Assembly (NCBI GenBank): GCA_022562795.1
Contig: JADFOP010000001.1
Span: 84,691 to 128,070 of the forward strand
Reading direction: 5' to 3'
Length of the DNA: 43,380 bases
From: Nitrospinota bacterium
Lineage (GTDB): Bacteria > JADFOP01
Position numbers and translations under genes: made by a program. Under the pieces are notes generated by a model that was given only the letters and a program-made list of their open reading frames with translations, was not told the origin of the DNA and searched no databases. Shown in pieces: positions 1-10,315 of this stretch. Within the stretch, counting starts at the first letter, position 1, and every line of letters begins with the position of its first letter.

Positions 1-251
1 AAGCGGTTGAGAGCCTCCAGGTGCACGAGTGAATACCGCTTCTTGAAGATATTGGTGAAGCCCCTCTTGGGCACCCGTCGCTGGAGGGGCATCTGGCCGC
101 CCTCGAACCAGGGCGGGATGCTGGCGCCGCTGCGGGACTTTTGGCCTTTAGTGCCGCGCCCGCAGGTTTTGCCCTTGCCGCTGCCCGGCCCCCGGCCGAC
201 CCTCATCGGGGAGCGCTTCGCGCCAGGAGGGGGCTTCAGACGACCCAGCAT
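1..251 (-). CDS. rplO: 50S ribosomal protein L15 (uL15), 3' end outside the window
   Basis: Manual translation [42 protein letters not shown]; the ATG overlaps the rpmD stop (TGATG); expected position in the spc operon. Confidence 0.96.
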   Translation of the reverse strand, partial: MLGRLKPPPGAKRSPMRVGRGPGSGKGKTCGRGTKGQKSRSGASIPPWFEGGQMPLQRRVPKRGFTNIFKKRYSLVHLEALNR

Positions 252-433
252 CACTCCATCACCTCGACGTCAACCATGTGAATGACCTTGTTTACCATGC
301 CACGAATCTCACGAGTATCGCCCCGAATGACGGTTTGGTGGAGCTTCTTCAACCCAAGGCCCCGGAGCACCTTCTCTTGCTTCTCCGGCCGCCCGATGGG
401 GCTTCGCCGCAATGTAATTTTGAGCCGTCCCAA
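251..433 (-). CDS. rpmD: 50S ribosomal protein L30 (uL30)
   Basis: [28 protein letters not shown]...IRGMVNKV. Start set at TTG 433 after GAGG; GTG 439 is an alternative. Confidence 0.95.
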   Translation of the reverse strand: MGRLKITLRRSPIGRPEKQEKVLRGLGLKKLHQTVIRGDTREIRGMVNKVIHMVDVEVME

Positions 434-458
434 AGCCACAGCCCTCGATTGCCTCACG

Positions 459-968
459 CTACGAGCGTAGCCGCTCGATGGGTATGCCCCGTTCGGCGGC
501 GACGGTCTCAGCGTTTCGCATCGACTGCAGACCCTGCATGGTCGCCTTGACCATGTTGTTGGGATTGTTGGAACCCAAGCTCTTGGTCAAGATATCCCGG
601 ACCCCCAGACAGTCGAGAACCGCCCGCACGGGACCGCCCGCGATGACCCCCGTACCCTTGGAGGCTGGCTTCAGCAGAACCTGGCCTGCCGAGAACCTAC
701 CTATCACGGCGTGGGGGATGGTCCCGCCTACCAGCGGAATCTCCACAATAGACCTCTTGGCCTTCTCAATCCCCTTCCGGATGGCTTCTGGCACTTCATT
801 GGCCTTGCCCATGGCCACGCCCACCCGGCCTGCCTGGTCGCCAACAGCCACGAGGGCGGTGAAGCGAAAGCGTCTGCCACCCTTGACGACCTTGGCCACC
901 CGATTGATGTAGATTATCTTATCGATCAGCTCTGCGTGTTCGGCCTCGGACTTACGGTTGCGCGCCAT
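459..968 (-). CDS. rpsE: 30S ribosomal protein S5 (uS5)
   Basis: [24 protein letters not shown] and [11 protein letters not shown] at 968 after GGGAGG. Confidence 0.97.
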   Translation of the reverse strand: MARNRKSEAEHAELIDKIIYINRVAKVVKGGRRFRFTALVAVGDQAGRVGVAMGKANEVPEAIRKGIEKAKRSIVEIPLVGGTIPHAVIGRFSAGQVLLKPASKGTGVIAGGPVRAVLDCLGVRDILTKSLGSNNPNNMVKATMQGLQSMRNAETVAAERGIPIERLRS

Positions 969-979
969 AACCACCCTCC

Positions 980-1354
980 CTAGAAGGTGAGGCCCTTCTC
1001 GCGGGCCGCATCGGCTAATGCCTTGACCCTGCCATGGTATAGAAAACCGTTGCGGTCGAAAACGACGGTCGTGATTCCCTGGGCGGCGGCCTTCTCCGCG
1101 ATTATGCGCCCGACGGTCTTGGCTGCAGCAACGTTTCCGCCCCAAGTCTGCTCAGCCCGGAAGGCCTCTTCCCTGGAGGAGGCCGCAGCGAGGGTCCTGC
1201 CGGCGTTGTCGTCGATGAGCTGAGCGTAAATGTTCTTTGCGCTACGAAATACGGTCAGCCGTGGGCGTTCCGAAGTGCCGCGCACCTTCTTGCCGACCCT
1301 TTTGGCGCGGGCGAGTCTGGCCTCGCGTTTGGCTTTCGCACGATCATACGCCAC
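980..1354 (-). CDS. rplR: 50S ribosomal protein L18 (uL18)
   Basis: [20 protein letters not shown] and [22 protein letters not shown]. Confidence 0.97.
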   Translation of the reverse strand: MAYDRAKAKREARLARAKRVGKKVRGTSERPRLTVFRSAKNIYAQLIDDNAGRTLAAASSREEAFRAEQTWGGNVAAAKTVGRIIAEKAAAQGITTVVFDRNGFLYHGRVKALADAAREKGLTF

Positions 1355-1372
1355 GGCGTCTACCTCATCTCC

Positions 1373-1909
1373 CTAGACGGCGGTCTTGCCCACCTTCCGC
1401 CGGAGGATCTCGCCCACGTACCGGATCCCCTTGCCCTTGTATGGTTCCGGCTTCCGGAAGGCCCGAATCTCCGCCGCCACCTGACCCACCATTTGCTTGT
1501 CGATGCCCCGGACGATAATGATATCACGCCCCGAGAGCTCAAACTCGATGGTATCTGGGGCCTCATAAACAATCGGATGGGAATAGCCCAGATGCAGGGT
1601 AAGGGTCGTCTCCTCGAGCATCGCCCGGTAGCCCATGCCATGAATCTCAAGCCGCTTCTCAAAGCCCTTCGTCACGCCTTCGACCATGTTCGCCACCAGG
1701 CTGCGGGTCAGGCCGTGGAGGGCTCGGTGGGTCCGCTCGTCGGAGGGCCGCTCGACCCTAAGGACACTGTCATCGCGGGCAATACGAATATCGCGGTGAA
1801 TGGCTTGGTTGAGAGTGCCCTTGGGACCTTTCACGGTGACGCTCCCAGGCTCAAGGGAAACCTCTACCCCTTCGGGAATCTCGATGGGCCGCAATCCTAC
1901 GCGGGACAT
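1373..1909 (-). CDS. rplF: 50S ribosomal protein L6 (uL6)
   Basis: MSRVGLRPI...[12 protein letters not shown]. Confidence 0.98.
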   Translation of the reverse strand: MSRVGLRPIEIPEGVEVSLEPGSVTVKGPKGTLNQAIHRDIRIARDDSVLRVERPSDERTHRALHGLTRSLVANMVEGVTKGFEKRLEIHGMGYRAMLEETTLTLHLGYSHPIVYEAPDTIEFELSGRDIIIVRGIDKQMVGQVAAEIRAFRKPEPYKGKGIRYVGEILRRKVGKTAV

Positions 1910-1924
1910 TCCGGGCTCCTTCCC

Positions 1925-2329
1925 TTACCAGATCTCGCACATCACCTCGCCACCGATCCGCTGGCGGCGACACTCGCGGTCGGCCATGAGGCCGCGGGAG
2001 GTGGTGAGGATAGCAGTTCCCAAGCCGTTTAGGACCCGGGGTACCTCATCGGCCTTGACGTATCTGCGCCTGCCGGGTTTGCTGATGCGCTTGATGCCGC
2101 GGATGACGTTTTGCCCCCCACCCTCGTCGATGTACTTGAACTCTATGTGCAACATATCGTGCTTGTCCCCCTGGATGGCCTTGAAATCCTTGATGTAGCC
2201 CTCATCCTTTAGAATTTCGGCGACGCGCATCTTGAGCTTACTCTTAGGGATGGCCACATAGGTGTGCTTGGCCATAATGGCGTTTCGGATTCGAGTGAGC
2301 ATATCCGCAATGGGGTCGGTCATAACCAT
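1925..2329 (-). CDS. rpsH: 30S ribosomal protein S8 (uS8)
   Basis: [33 protein letters not shown]. Confidence 0.98.
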   Translation of the reverse strand: MVMTDPIADMLTRIRNAIMAKHTYVAIPKSKLKMRVAEILKDEGYIKDFKAIQGDKHDMLHIEFKYIDEGGGQNVIRGIKRISKPGRRRYVKADEVPRVLNGLGTAILTTSRGLMADRECRRQRIGGEVMCEIW

Positions 2330-2359
2330 TCGCCGGCAGTCCTCTCTAGATAAGTCGCC

Positions 2360-2545
2360 TTACCAGCTCGCCTTGATCACGCCAGGGATCTCGCCCCGAA
2401 GGGCCCTCATTCGAAAGCATATGCGACACATCTGGAATTTCCTAAGAAAAGCCCTCGCCCTCCCGCACAGGGGACATCGGTTGTAGCGGCGGACCTTGAA
2501 CTTGGGTTCCCGCCTGGCCTTGGCAATTAGCGATTTCTTTGCCAC
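2360..2545 (-). CDS. rpsN: 30S ribosomal protein S14, short zinc-binding (type Z) form
   Basis: 61 aa with RCPLCGR...CRICFR and [11 protein letters not shown]. Confidence 0.97.
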   Translation of the reverse strand: MAKKSLIAKARREPKFKVRRYNRCPLCGRARAFLRKFQMCRICFRMRALRGEIPGVIKASW

Positions 2546-2565
2546 CATTTTCTCCTGCGGAGAGC

Positions 2566-3105
2566 TCAGGTGCGGAACGGCATCCCCATGAGTGCCAGCA
2601 GGGCCTCGCCCTCCTCGTCGGTTTCCGCAGTGGTCACGATTGTGATGCCCAGCCCGTGAAACTGGGCAATTTTGTCGTACTCGATCTCGGGGAAGATAAT
2701 CTGCTCCTTGATTCCCAGGCAGTAATTACCCCGGCCATCGAACCCGCGGGTGTTGACGCCTCGGAAGTCCCGCACACGGGGGAGGGAGGCGTTGATCAGT
2801 CGGTCCAAAAACTCATACATCCGCACCTGCCGGAGGGTCACTTTACACCCTATAGGCATCCCCGTACGGAGTTTGAAATTGGCGATGGACTTCTTGGCCC
2901 GGGTGAGGACTGGTTGCTGACCGGTGATGGCCGCCAGCTCCTCCACGACGGTATCGAGGAGCTTGACATCTTGGATGGCCTCGCCCACTCCCACATTGAC
3001 AACGACCTTGTCCACTTTCGGCACTTGCATGAGATTTCGGTACCCGAACCGACGAACAAGTTCGGGGACGACCTCATTTTGATAGCGCTCTTTAAGTCGG
3101 GCCAT
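2566..3105 (-). CDS. rplE: 50S ribosomal protein L5 (uL5)
   Basis: [31 protein letters not shown]; start moved to ATG 3105. Confidence 0.97.
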   Translation of the reverse strand: MARLKERYQNEVVPELVRRFGYRNLMQVPKVDKVVVNVGVGEAIQDVKLLDTVVEELAAITGQQPVLTRAKKSIANFKLRTGMPIGCKVTLRQVRMYEFLDRLINASLPRVRDFRGVNTRGFDGRGNYCLGIKEQIIFPEIEYDKIAQFHGLGITIVTTAETDEEGEALLALMGMPFRT

Positions 3106-3118
3106 TGCTGCCGATCCC

Positions 3119-3436
3119 CTATTCAAGTGCCTCGCCGCATCGGGCGCACGCACGTACTCGCCTACCCCCCTCGAGGGTCTTGGTTTTCATACGCACGGGT
3201 CGGTCGCAGCTGGAACAGATCACCCCTACGTTAGAGCTATTGATGGTCCCCTCTATTTCCAGAATACCCCCTTGCTGGGAGTGCTGGCCGGGCTTCGTGT
3301 GGCGCTTGACCATCATGAGTTTCTCGACCATAACCCGGTTCTTGCCCTTCACAAGCCTTAGCACCTTGCCGCGCTTGCCTTTCTCTTTGCCCGTCAGAAC
3401 CTCAACGAGGTCGTCCTTCTTAACCATCCACGCCAT
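3119..3436 (-). CDS. rplX: 50S ribosomal protein L24 (uL24), form with two CxxC motifs
   Basis: KOW motif [19 protein letters not shown] and CARC. Confidence 0.96.
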   Translation of the reverse strand: MAWMVKKDDLVEVLTGKEKGKRGKVLRLVKGKNRVMVEKLMMVKRHTKPGQHSQQGGILEIEGTINSSNVGVICSSCDRPVRMKTKTLEGGRRVRACARCGEALE

Positions 3437-3437
3437 C

Positions 3438-3806
3438 TCATAGCACCTCTGGGGCCAGAGAGATTATCTTCATGAACTTTTTGGCTCGCAGCTCTCTAGC
3501 TATGGGGCCAAATATGCGGGTGCCTAGGGGCTCGCCAACATCATTGATAAGCACGGCGGCATTGTCATCGAACCTGATGTACGAGCCGTCGGGCCGGCCC
3601 ACCTCCTTGGCGGTCCTCACGATCACTGCCCTTTTCACCTCTCCCTTGGAGACGGCGCTATTTGGTACGGCTTCCTTCACGGTCACTACGATGACGTCAC
3701 CCACCCGCGCATACCGCTTCCGGGTGCCTCCAAGAACTCGAATGCACAAGGCTCGTCTGGCCCCGGAGTTGTCCGCAATGTCTACAACCGACTCTTGCTG
3801 AATCAC
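3438..3806 (-). CDS. rplN: 50S ribosomal protein L14 (uL14)
   Basis: [30 protein letters not shown]. Confidence 0.98.
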   Translation of the reverse strand: MIQQESVVDIADNSGARRALCIRVLGGTRKRYARVGDVIVVTVKEAVPNSAVSKGEVKRAVIVRTAKEVGRPDGSYIRFDDNAAVLINDVGEPLGTRIFGPIARELRAKKFMKIISLAPEVL

Positions 3807-3818
3807 AGATCCAGCTCC

Positions 3819-4121
3819 TCATTCAACGGTATCCTCTTCGGGGGGTGCTTCAGCGACGGGGGCAGTCTCTCTCTTACCTAGAATTTCCACAACCCTCCAG
3901 CGCTTTCGCTTCGATAGCGGCCGCGTCTCCTGGATGCGCACACGGTCGCCCGGACGACAGGAATTGACCTCATCGTGGGCCAGGTACTTCTTGGAGCGCC
4001 GGATCACCCTCTCATAGACGGGATGGCGGAACCTCCGCTCCACGGAAACTACGACCGTTTTGTCCATCTGGTCGCTTACAACCCGACCGATCAGTCTTTT
4101 GCGTTTTGGCTGCAAGGTCAT
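3819..4121 (-). CDS. rpsQ: 30S ribosomal protein S17 (uS17) with a short acidic C-terminal tail
   Basis: [32 protein letters not shown] 4121 after TAAGGA. Confidence 0.96.
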   Translation of the reverse strand: MTLQPKRKRLIGRVVSDQMDKTVVVSVERRFRHPVYERVIRRSKKYLAHDEVNSCRPGDRVRIQETRPLSKRKRWRVVEILGKRETAPVAEAPPEEDTVE

Positions 4122-4125
4122 GTCC

Positions 4126-4326
4126 TTATTGCCCGTCCGCAAGCTCACGCTCGCGGAGGAGCGTCTGGATCCGGGCGATGGTGCGGCGAGCCCCCTTCGC
4201 CAGCATTTTATTCTCCAGCTGACCAGTCACCATCTGTAGCCGTAGGTTGAAAACCTCTTCCTCCAGTTCGCGAAGGTTGGTCTTCAGCTCCTCGTCTGTC
4301 CGCTCTCGAAGCTCCGAAGCTTTCAT
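4126..4326 (-). CDS. rpmC: 50S ribosomal protein L29 (uL29)
   Basis: [31 protein letters not shown]. Confidence 0.97.
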   Translation of the reverse strand: MKASELRERTDEELKTNLRELEEEVFNLRLQMVTGQLENKMLAKGARRTIARIQTLLRERELADGQ

Positions 4327-4339
4327 ACGAACTTCCGCT

Positions 4340-4747
4340 CTAACGTAAAGTGACGAACTGCGTCTTGACCGGCAACTTGTGGCCCGCCAGACGCATGGCC
4401 TCTCTGGCTACCGGCTCAGGAACCCCCTCCATCTCGTAGAGGATCCGGCCCGGCTTTACCACTGCGACCCACGTCTCCGGTGAGCCCTTGCCTTTACCCA
4501 TACGGGTCTCGGCGGGCTTCTTGGTGACGGGCTTATCAGGGAAAATCCGCAGCCAGATTTTCCCGCCCCTCTTTACGTGGCGCGTCATCGCCACTCGAGC
4601 CGCCTCAATCTGACGGTTGGTCACCCAACCAGGGCTCACAGCCTTCATGCCATACGAGCCGAAGTTCAGTTCCGTTCCGCCCTTTGCCCGGCCCCTGAGG
4701 CGACCCTTTTGGCGTTTGCGGTACTTAACCTTCCTTGGGCTCAGCAC
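4340..4747 (-). CDS. rplP: 50S ribosomal protein L16 (uL16)
   Basis: [11 protein letters not shown] and [12 protein letters not shown]. Confidence 0.98.
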   Translation of the reverse strand: MLSPRKVKYRKRQKGRLRGRAKGGTELNFGSYGMKAVSPGWVTNRQIEAARVAMTRHVKRGGKIWLRIFPDKPVTKKPAETRMGKGKGSPETWVAVVKPGRILYEMEGVPEPVAREAMRLAGHKLPVKTQFVTLR

Positions 4748-4759
4748 GGCGCTCGCTCC

Positions 4760-5410
4760 TTACTCCACTCGCTGCGATGACTTGAGCGGAAGTGCTTCTC
4801 CCTTAAATATCCAGACCTTTACGCCGATTGCCCCATATAAGGTCTTGGCCTCGGCGAACCCGTAGTCGATGTCGGCCCCGAGAGTGTGCAGAGGGACACG
4901 GCCCTCCCGGTACCACTCGCGCCTGGCCATTTCAGTGCCGCCGAGCCGCCCTGCGCAGGCGATGCGAATGCCCTTCGCCCCAAGGCGCATTGCCTGGGTC
5001 ACGGCCCGCTTCATCGCCCGGCGGAAGGCCACCCGCCGCACCAGCTGCATTGCGACATTCTCCGCCACAAGCTGAGCATCGACCTCAGCTTTCCGAATCT
5101 CCTGAATGTTAATGGTTATCTGGCTATCGGTCAGCTTCGCAATGTCCTTCTTAAGCCGATCAACCTCGGCGCCCCTCTTGCCAATAATGATCCCCGGCCG
5201 AGCCGTGTAGATGTTGACTCGGATCTTGTCGCTCGTCCTCTCAATTTCTACGCGGGAGATCCCCCCGTGGGAGAGCTCCTCCTTAATGAAATTCCTTATT
5301 TTGATGTCCTCGTGGAGGAGCTCAGCGTAGTTCTTCTTGGCGAACCAGTTGGACGACCACGTCTTCGTAATCCCCAACCGAAACCCGATGGGATGAACCT
5401 TTTGACCCAC
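4760..5410 (-). CDS. rpsC: 30S ribosomal protein S3 (uS3)
   Basis: [15 protein letters not shown] motif [16 protein letters not shown]. Confidence 0.98.
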   Translation of the reverse strand: MGQKVHPIGFRLGITKTWSSNWFAKKNYAELLHEDIKIRNFIKEELSHGGISRVEIERTSDKIRVNIYTARPGIIIGKRGAEVDRLKKDIAKLTDSQITINIQEIRKAEVDAQLVAENVAMQLVRRVAFRRAMKRAVTQAMRLGAKGIRIACAGRLGGTEMARREWYREGRVPLHTLGADIDYGFAEAKTLYGAIGVKVWIFKGEALPLKSSQRVE

Positions 5411-5422
5411 GTTCGCCTCCTC

Positions 5423-5761
5423 TTACTCCTCAGGGCGGAGCACCACCGTGATGTGGGAGGTTCGTTTGCGGATACGGGTTGTCCGGCCGCGTGCCCGAGG
5501 GCGCCAGCGCTTCGCGATCGGCCCCCCGTTGACGAAGGCCTCTGTAATCCGCAGGTTGTCCACATCCACGTCGTCGTCGCGATGCCGGGCATTGGCCACC
5601 GCGCTCTTGATGAGCTTCTCCAGAAACCGGGCCGGCTTCTTGGGTGCGTGGCCCAGAATGATCAATGCCTCGTTTACGGTCTTGCCCCGAATCAGGTCGA
5701 TGACCTGACGGGTCTTTTGCGGTGAGGACCGTACGTAATTGAGCGAAGCCTTTGCTTCCAT
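5423..5761 (-). CDS. rplV: 50S ribosomal protein L22 (uL22)
   Basis: SPQKTRQVIDLIRG, KRWRPRARGR, KRTSHITV. Confidence 0.98.
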   Translation of the reverse strand: MEAKASLNYVRSSPQKTRQVIDLIRGKTVNEALIILGHAPKKPARFLEKLIKSAVANARHRDDDVDVDNLRITEAFVNGGPIAKRWRPRARGRTTRIRKRTSHITVVLRPEE

Positions 5762-5776
5762 AGATTATCCCAGCCG

Positions 5777-6061
5777 CTACTTGAGCGATACGGTCCGCCT
5801 GGTATGGCCGGAGTGGCCGCGAAAGGTGCGGGTTGGGCTGAATTCGCCCAGTTTGTGCCCCACCATGTTCTCCGTCACGTAGACCGGTATGAATTTATTG
5901 CCGTTATGGACGGCGATCGTGTGGCCGACAAAGTCCGGCACTATGGTACTCCGACGCGACCAGGTTCTAATGATTTTTTTCTCCCCCGTAGCGTTCATAC
6001 GCTGGAGGCGCTTCAGAAGGCGCTCATCGACGAAGGGCCCTTTTTTAACGGATCGAGGCAT
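5777..6061 (-). CDS. rpsS: 30S ribosomal protein S19 (uS19)
   Basis: [31 protein letters not shown]. Confidence 0.98.
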   Translation of the reverse strand: MPRSVKKGPFVDERLLKRLQRMNATGEKKIIRTWSRRSTIVPDFVGHTIAVHNGNKFIPVYVTENMVGHKLGEFSPTRTFRGHSGHTRRTVSLK

Positions 6062-6075
6062 TACACACCGCTCCT

Positions 6076-6903
6076 CTATCTGGCCCGGCGGCGTCGGATG
6101 ATGTACCGATCACTGGGCTTCTGACGCCTGGTCTTGTAGCCCTTGGTAGGCTTGCCCCACGGTGTGGAGGGGTGACGTCCGCCGGAACTCTTGCCCTCGC
6201 CTCCGCCGTGGGGGTGGTCCACAGGGTTCATGGCCACGCCTCGCACACGAGGGCGCCGGCCCAACCATCGTGATCGGCCGGCTTTTCCAAGGGAAATGTT
6301 CTCGTGATCGGGGTTCCCCACTTGGCCGACAGTCGCCCTGCAGTCTAGGTGGATCATCCGGACCTCACCGGAGCTTAGCCTAAGCTGGGCGTAGTTCCCC
6401 TCTTTGGCCATGAGCTGAGCGCCCGTGCCGGCACCCCGTATGAGCTGGCCGCCTCGGCCTTTGGTCAACTCGACGTTGTGCACGATGGTCCCCAAGGGGA
6501 TGAAGCGCAGCGGCATAGCATTGCCCGGCTTGATGTCGGCCGACGGCCCGCTGAGCACCTCGTCGCCCACTTTTAGGTTCAACGGGGCGATGATGTAGCG
6601 CTTCTCCCCGTCTGCGTAATGAAGCAGGGCGATTCGGGCAGACCGGTTGGGGTCGTATTCCAACGCGGCTACCCGCGCGGGCACATCCGTCTTGTCCCGC
6701 TTGAAGTCGATCATCCGGTACACGCGCTTGTGCCCGCCACCGCGGTGGCGGGACGTAATGCGTCCAGCGTTGTTGCGCCCGCCCCGCTTGCGCAACCCCT
6801 TGGTGAGGCGTTTTTCCGGCTTTTTCCGAGTTAGGTCATCCGTCGTCAGGACCGACATAAATCGCCGGCCGGGGCTCGTTGGCTTGAAATGCTTAATCCC
6901 CAT
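6076..6903 (-). CDS. rplB: 50S ribosomal protein L2 (uL2)
   Basis: [13 protein letters not shown] and [17 protein letters not shown]. Confidence 0.99.
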   Translation of the reverse strand: MGIKHFKPTSPGRRFMSVLTTDDLTRKKPEKRLTKGLRKRGGRNNAGRITSRHRGGGHKRVYRMIDFKRDKTDVPARVAALEYDPNRSARIALLHYADGEKRYIIAPLNLKVGDEVLSGPSADIKPGNAMPLRFIPLGTIVHNVELTKGRGGQLIRGAGTGAQLMAKEGNYAQLRLSSGEVRMIHLDCRATVGQVGNPDHENISLGKAGRSRWLGRRPRVRGVAMNPVDHPHGGGEGKSSGGRHPSTPWGKPTKGYKTRRQKPSDRYIIRRRRAR

Positions 6904-6912
6904 GCTTCACCC

Positions 6913-7203
6913 CTAGACGCCTTCGAAGAACTCAATCTTATCGCCGGATTTCAGGCTCACCACCGCCTTTTTCCAATCGGGCCGCTTGCCCACCTTCATC
7001 CTCATCCGTCGTTTTTTGCCCTGCATGTTGCTCGTGTGAACATCGAGCACCGTGACGTTGAAGATATTCTGCACGGCCTCTTTAATCTGCCGCTTGGTCG
7101 CCCCCGGTGCAACTTTGAAGGCCACCTTGTTGAGGGTCTCCTTCTGGTTGGTCGTCTTCTCCGTCAAAATCGGGTTGCGAATGATGCGGTATAGCTTATC
7201 CAA
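6913..7203 (-). CDS. rplW: 50S ribosomal protein L23 (uL23)
   Basis: PILTEKT, IKEAVQNIFNV, WKKAVVSL; TTG start overlapping the end of rplD. Confidence 0.97.
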   Translation of the reverse strand: MDKLYRIIRNPILTEKTTNQKETLNKVAFKVAPGATKRQIKEAVQNIFNVTVLDVHTSNMQGKKRRMRMKVGKRPDWKKAVVSLKSGDKIEFFEGV

Positions 7204-7825
7204 GGCTTAAGCGCTCCTCAACCCTGGCCACGGCGTCCTCGCCCACAAGCAGGAGCCGCTCGTGCCTCAAGATGTCGTAGACATTCAGTCCCTCCACCCG
7301 CACGGCCGAGACATTTGGAAGGTTGCGGGCCGAGCGCTCTAAAATGAGGTTTGCCTCGGCCAGGACCACCAAAACGGACCCCTCGATGCCCAGTTTCTCA
7401 AGGACAGCGGCAAAGGCTTTCGTCTTAGGCTCCTCCATCTCGATGGCATCAACCACGACAATAGCGCCCTCGCTGAGGCGGAGGCTCAGGGCTCCGCGCA
7501 GGGCCGCCCGGCGAACCTTCTTTGGCACGCGCTGGCTGAACGAACGGGGTTTGGGTGGAAAGATGACCCCACCGCCCCGCCAGAGGGGCGTTCGACGGGT
7601 TCCCACCCTGGCCCGGCCTAAGCCTTTCTGACGCCAAGGCTTAGCCGAGGTGCCTGAAACCTCGCCACGGCTCTTCGCCGATGCGGTCCCCCGGCGACGG
7701 GCGGCCAGCTGAGCCACGACGACCTCGTGGAGAAGATGCTCCTTGACGGGAGCTCCAAAAACCTCCTCCATTACGGCTCGGCGCCCCACCACCTCGTTGT
7801 CCACGTTTCTAAGCTCCAACTCCAC
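7196..7825 (-). CDS. rplD: 50S ribosomal protein L4 (uL4)
   Basis: KSRGEVSG, KPWRQKGLGRARVG, PLWRGGGVIFPPKPR. Confidence 0.98.
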   Translation of the reverse strand: MELELRNVDNEVVGRRAVMEEVFGAPVKEHLLHEVVVAQLAARRRGTASAKSRGEVSGTSAKPWRQKGLGRARVGTRRTPLWRGGGVIFPPKPRSFSQRVPKKVRRAALRGALSLRLSEGAIVVVDAIEMEEPKTKAFAAVLEKLGIEGSVLVVLAEANLILERSARNLPNVSAVRVEGLNVYDILRHERLLLVGEDAVARVEERLSLG

Positions 7826-7848
7826 AGTGAACCCCTTGTCCCAGCCTC

Positions 7849-8697
7849 TTAAACTTTGGCCTTGGCCCGCCGGGTCGCCTTGAGGCTCTTGCGGACCATA
7901 ACGTAACCACCATTGGGACCGGGCACGGCCCCACGGACCATCAGTAGGTTTTTCTCCGGGACGACCCGCACCACCTTAAGATTCTGGACAGTCACGCGGG
8001 AGTTGCCCATCTGGCCCGGCATCTTAGTGCCTTTGAAGACCCGCGATGGATCGGAAGCCGCACCGATTGAGCCTCCGTGGCGAAAGTGCTCATGGGTCCC
8101 GTGGGTGGCCTTTGCCCCTTTGAATCCGTGCCGTTTCATCACCCCGGAGAAGCCTTTACCCTTGGAAATACCGATGACATCAACCAGTTCGTCAGCATCA
8201 AAAGCCTCACAGGTTACGATGCCACCCGGGGCGGCATCCGGCAGAGGCTCCTCCAGACGTATCTCGCGAAGCAGGCGGGTGGGCTCGACGCCGTGAGCGG
8301 TGAAGTGGCCCTTTCTGGGCATGGAAACCAGCTTTGGTCGAACGTCCCCAAAGCCCAACTGGAGGGCGTCGTAGCCGTCCCGCTCGCGGGTCTTTACCTG
8401 GACCACCACGCAAGGGCCGGCCTCAATAATGGTCACCGGCAACCGGTTGCCGTCGGCGGAAAAAATCTGGGTCATCCCCACCTTCCTGCCCAGAATTCCC
8501 GGGGCGGCCACGAAAGCATCCTCCGGCTCAGCGGGGGGCGGCTCGTCTTCGGGGACTTCCACCTCCTCTTCGGCATCGGCCTTCACTTCGGTTTCAGCTT
8601 CGGCATCGGCCTTCACTTCGGTTTCAGCTTCGGCATCGGCCTTCGCCTCGGTTTCAGCTTCGGCCTCGGGGGCCTCTTGACCCTTCTCTTCGCTCAC
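7849..8697 (-). CDS. rplC: 50S ribosomal protein L3 (uL3) with a ~62-aa acidic N-terminal extension; alternative internal start at 8511
   Basis: GILGRKVGMTQIF, SKGKGFSGVMKRHGF, KGTKMPGQMG. The upstream GTG follows the rpsJ stop with AAGGA; the internal GTG at 8511 follows GGAGG. Confidence 0.96.
   Translation of the reverse strand: MSEEKGQEAPEAEAETEAKADAEAETEVKADAEAETEVKADAEEEVEVPEDEPPPAEPEDAFVAAPGILGRKVGMTQIFSADGNRLPVTIIEAGPCVVVQVKTRERDGYDALQLGFGDVRPKLVSMPRKGHFTAHGVEPTRLLREIRLEEPLPDAAPGGIVTCEAFDADELVDVIGISKGKGFSGVMKRHGFKGAKATHGTHEHFRHGGSIGAASDPSRVFKGTKMPGQMGNSRVTVQNLKVVRVVPEKNLLMVRGAVPGPNGGYVMVRKSLKATRRAKAKV
8568..8664. repeat. 30-bp tandem repeat, about 3.2 copies, in the 5' extension of rplC (unit encodes EAETEVKADA)
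   Basis: Unit cttcggcatcggccttcacttcggtttcag: two exact copies plus one with 2 substitutions, then a partial copy. Confidence 0.95.
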
Positions 8698-8708
8698 AGC
8701 CTTTTTCC

Positions 8709-9014
8709 TTATAGCCGAATCTCGATATCGACTCCTGCGGATAGGTCGAGCTGCATCAGGGCGTCAATCGTTTGGGGTGTGGGGTTGAGGATGTCGAGCA
8801 TCCGCTTGTAGGTCCGCACCTCGAACTGCTCACGGCTCTTCTTGTCCACGTGGGGTGAGCGCAGCACGGTAAATCGGTTCTTCACCGTGGGCAACGGGAT
8901 TGGCCCTACGACTTTCGCCCCGGTCCGCTTAGCCGTATCAACTATCTCCCCCACAGACTGATCCAGAACCCGGTGGTCGTAGGCCTTCAGCCGTATGCGG
9001 ATTTTCTGGTTCAC
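8709..9014 (-). CDS. rpsJ: 30S ribosomal protein S10 (uS10)
   Basis: [32 protein letters not shown]. Confidence 0.99.
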   Translation of the reverse strand: MNQKIRIRLKAYDHRVLDQSVGEIVDTAKRTGAKVVGPIPLPTVKNRFTVLRSPHVDKKSREQFEVRTYKRMLDILNPTPQTIDALMQLDLSAGVDIEIRL

Positions 9015-9047
9015 GACTTTTCGTCCTCCCTCCCCCGTCCCGGTTTT

Positions 9048-10241
9048 TTACTCTAGGATTTTGGATATGACGCCGGCGCCGACGGTCCGGCCGCCCTCTC
9101 GGATGGCGAACCTCAGGCCCTCCTCCATGGCGATGGGCGTTATCAGCTCACCCACCACAGAGACGTTGTCGCCCGGCATCACCATCTCGACACCCTCGGG
9201 CAACTTAACAATGCCCGTTACGTCGGTCGTTCGAAAGTAAAACTGCGGGCGGTACCCGCTGAAGAAAGGCGTGTGACGCCCCCCCTCCTCCTTCGTCAAG
9301 ACGTAGATCTCGCCGGAGAAATGCGTGTGGGGTTTGATCGAGCCGGGAGCGCTCACGACCTGGCCGCGCTCCACATCCTCGCGCTTAAGCCCGCGCAGCA
9401 ATACACCGATGTTGTCTCCCGCCTCGCCGCGGTCGAGAAGCTTGCGGAACATCTCGACACCCGTGGCCACGGTCTTGACCGTCTCTTTGAGACCAACGAT
9501 CTCCACCTCATCGCCGACGGTCACCACGCCGCGGTCCACACGACCCGTCGCAACCGTCCCGCGCCCGGAGATAGAGAAGACATCCTCGACGGGCATCAAA
9601 AACGGCTTGTCCACGTCCCGCTCCGGAACGGGAATGTAGGTGTCGATCGCATCGAGCAGCTCAAAGATGCTCGCACAGTCCGGGTCCTCCGGGTCTCCGC
9701 TCTCAAGAGCCTTCAGCGCGCTGCCCGGGATCACCGGTATATCGTCGCCAGGAAAATCATACTGGCTCAACAGCTCGCGGATCTCGAGCTCCACCAACTC
9801 CACCAACTCCGGGTCGTCAACCTGGTCGACCTTGTTCAGGTAGACCACCAACGACGGCACCCCAACCTGGCGGGCCAAAAGAATGTGCTCGCGTGTCTGA
9901 GGCATCGGCCCGTCAGAGGCGCTCACCACGACGACCGCACCATCCATCTGAGCCGCCCCCGTAATCATGTTCTTTACGTAGTCGGCGTGACCAGGACAAT
10001 CCACATGGGCGTAGTGGCGAGTCTCGGTCTCATACTCCACGTGGGCCGTCGCAATCGTGATGCCACGCTCGCGCTCCTCGGGAGCCTTATCAATCTCGTC
10101 GAACGAAACGTAGGAGGCCAGACCCTTCTTCTCAAGCAACAGCGTAATGGCCGCCGTCAACGTCGTCTTGCCGTGGTCGACGTGCCCAATGGTCCCCACG
10201 TTCACGTGGGGCTTCGTCCTTACAAACTTCTCCTTCGCCAT
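9048..10241 (-). CDS. tuf: Elongation factor Tu (str-operon copy)
   Basis: [31 protein letters not shown]. Confidence 0.99.
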   Translation of the reverse strand: MAKEKFVRTKPHVNVGTIGHVDHGKTTLTAAITLLLEKKGLASYVSFDEIDKAPEERERGITIATAHVEYETETRHYAHVDCPGHADYVKNMITGAAQMDGAVVVVSASDGPMPQTREHILLARQVGVPSLVVYLNKVDQVDDPELVELVELEIRELLSQYDFPGDDIPVIPGSALKALESGDPEDPDCASIFELLDAIDTYIPVPERDVDKPFLMPVEDVFSISGRGTVATGRVDRGVVTVGDEVEIVGLKETVKTVATGVEMFRKLLDRGEAGDNIGVLLRGLKREDVERGQVVSAPGSIKPHTHFSGEIYVLTKEEGGRHTPFFSGYRPQFYFRTTDVTGIVKLPEGVEMVMPGDNVSVVGELITPIAMEEGLRFAIREGGRTVGAGVISKILE

Positions 10242-10315
10242 TCGACGACCTCCTCAGCGACGACCGCTAACGTGTTCTGAGCGTGGGGCCCTTCCCCCCC
10301 AGAAAACACGGACTA

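Noticed and set aside
969-1145. Apparent N-terminal extension of uS5; similar ORF-caller extensions on rplE, rpsQ and rpmD
   Set aside because: They overlap the upstream genes or lack support, and canonical starts with SD sequences lie downstream
8568-8664. 30-bp repeats as a possible CRISPR array
   Set aside because: Head-to-tail with no spacers, in frame within rplC, and no cas genes
9273-10280. 335-aa plus-strand ORF, with a 329-aa twin at 25650-26639
   Set aside because: Antisense shadow of tuf caused by codon bias; duplicated only because tuf is duplicated
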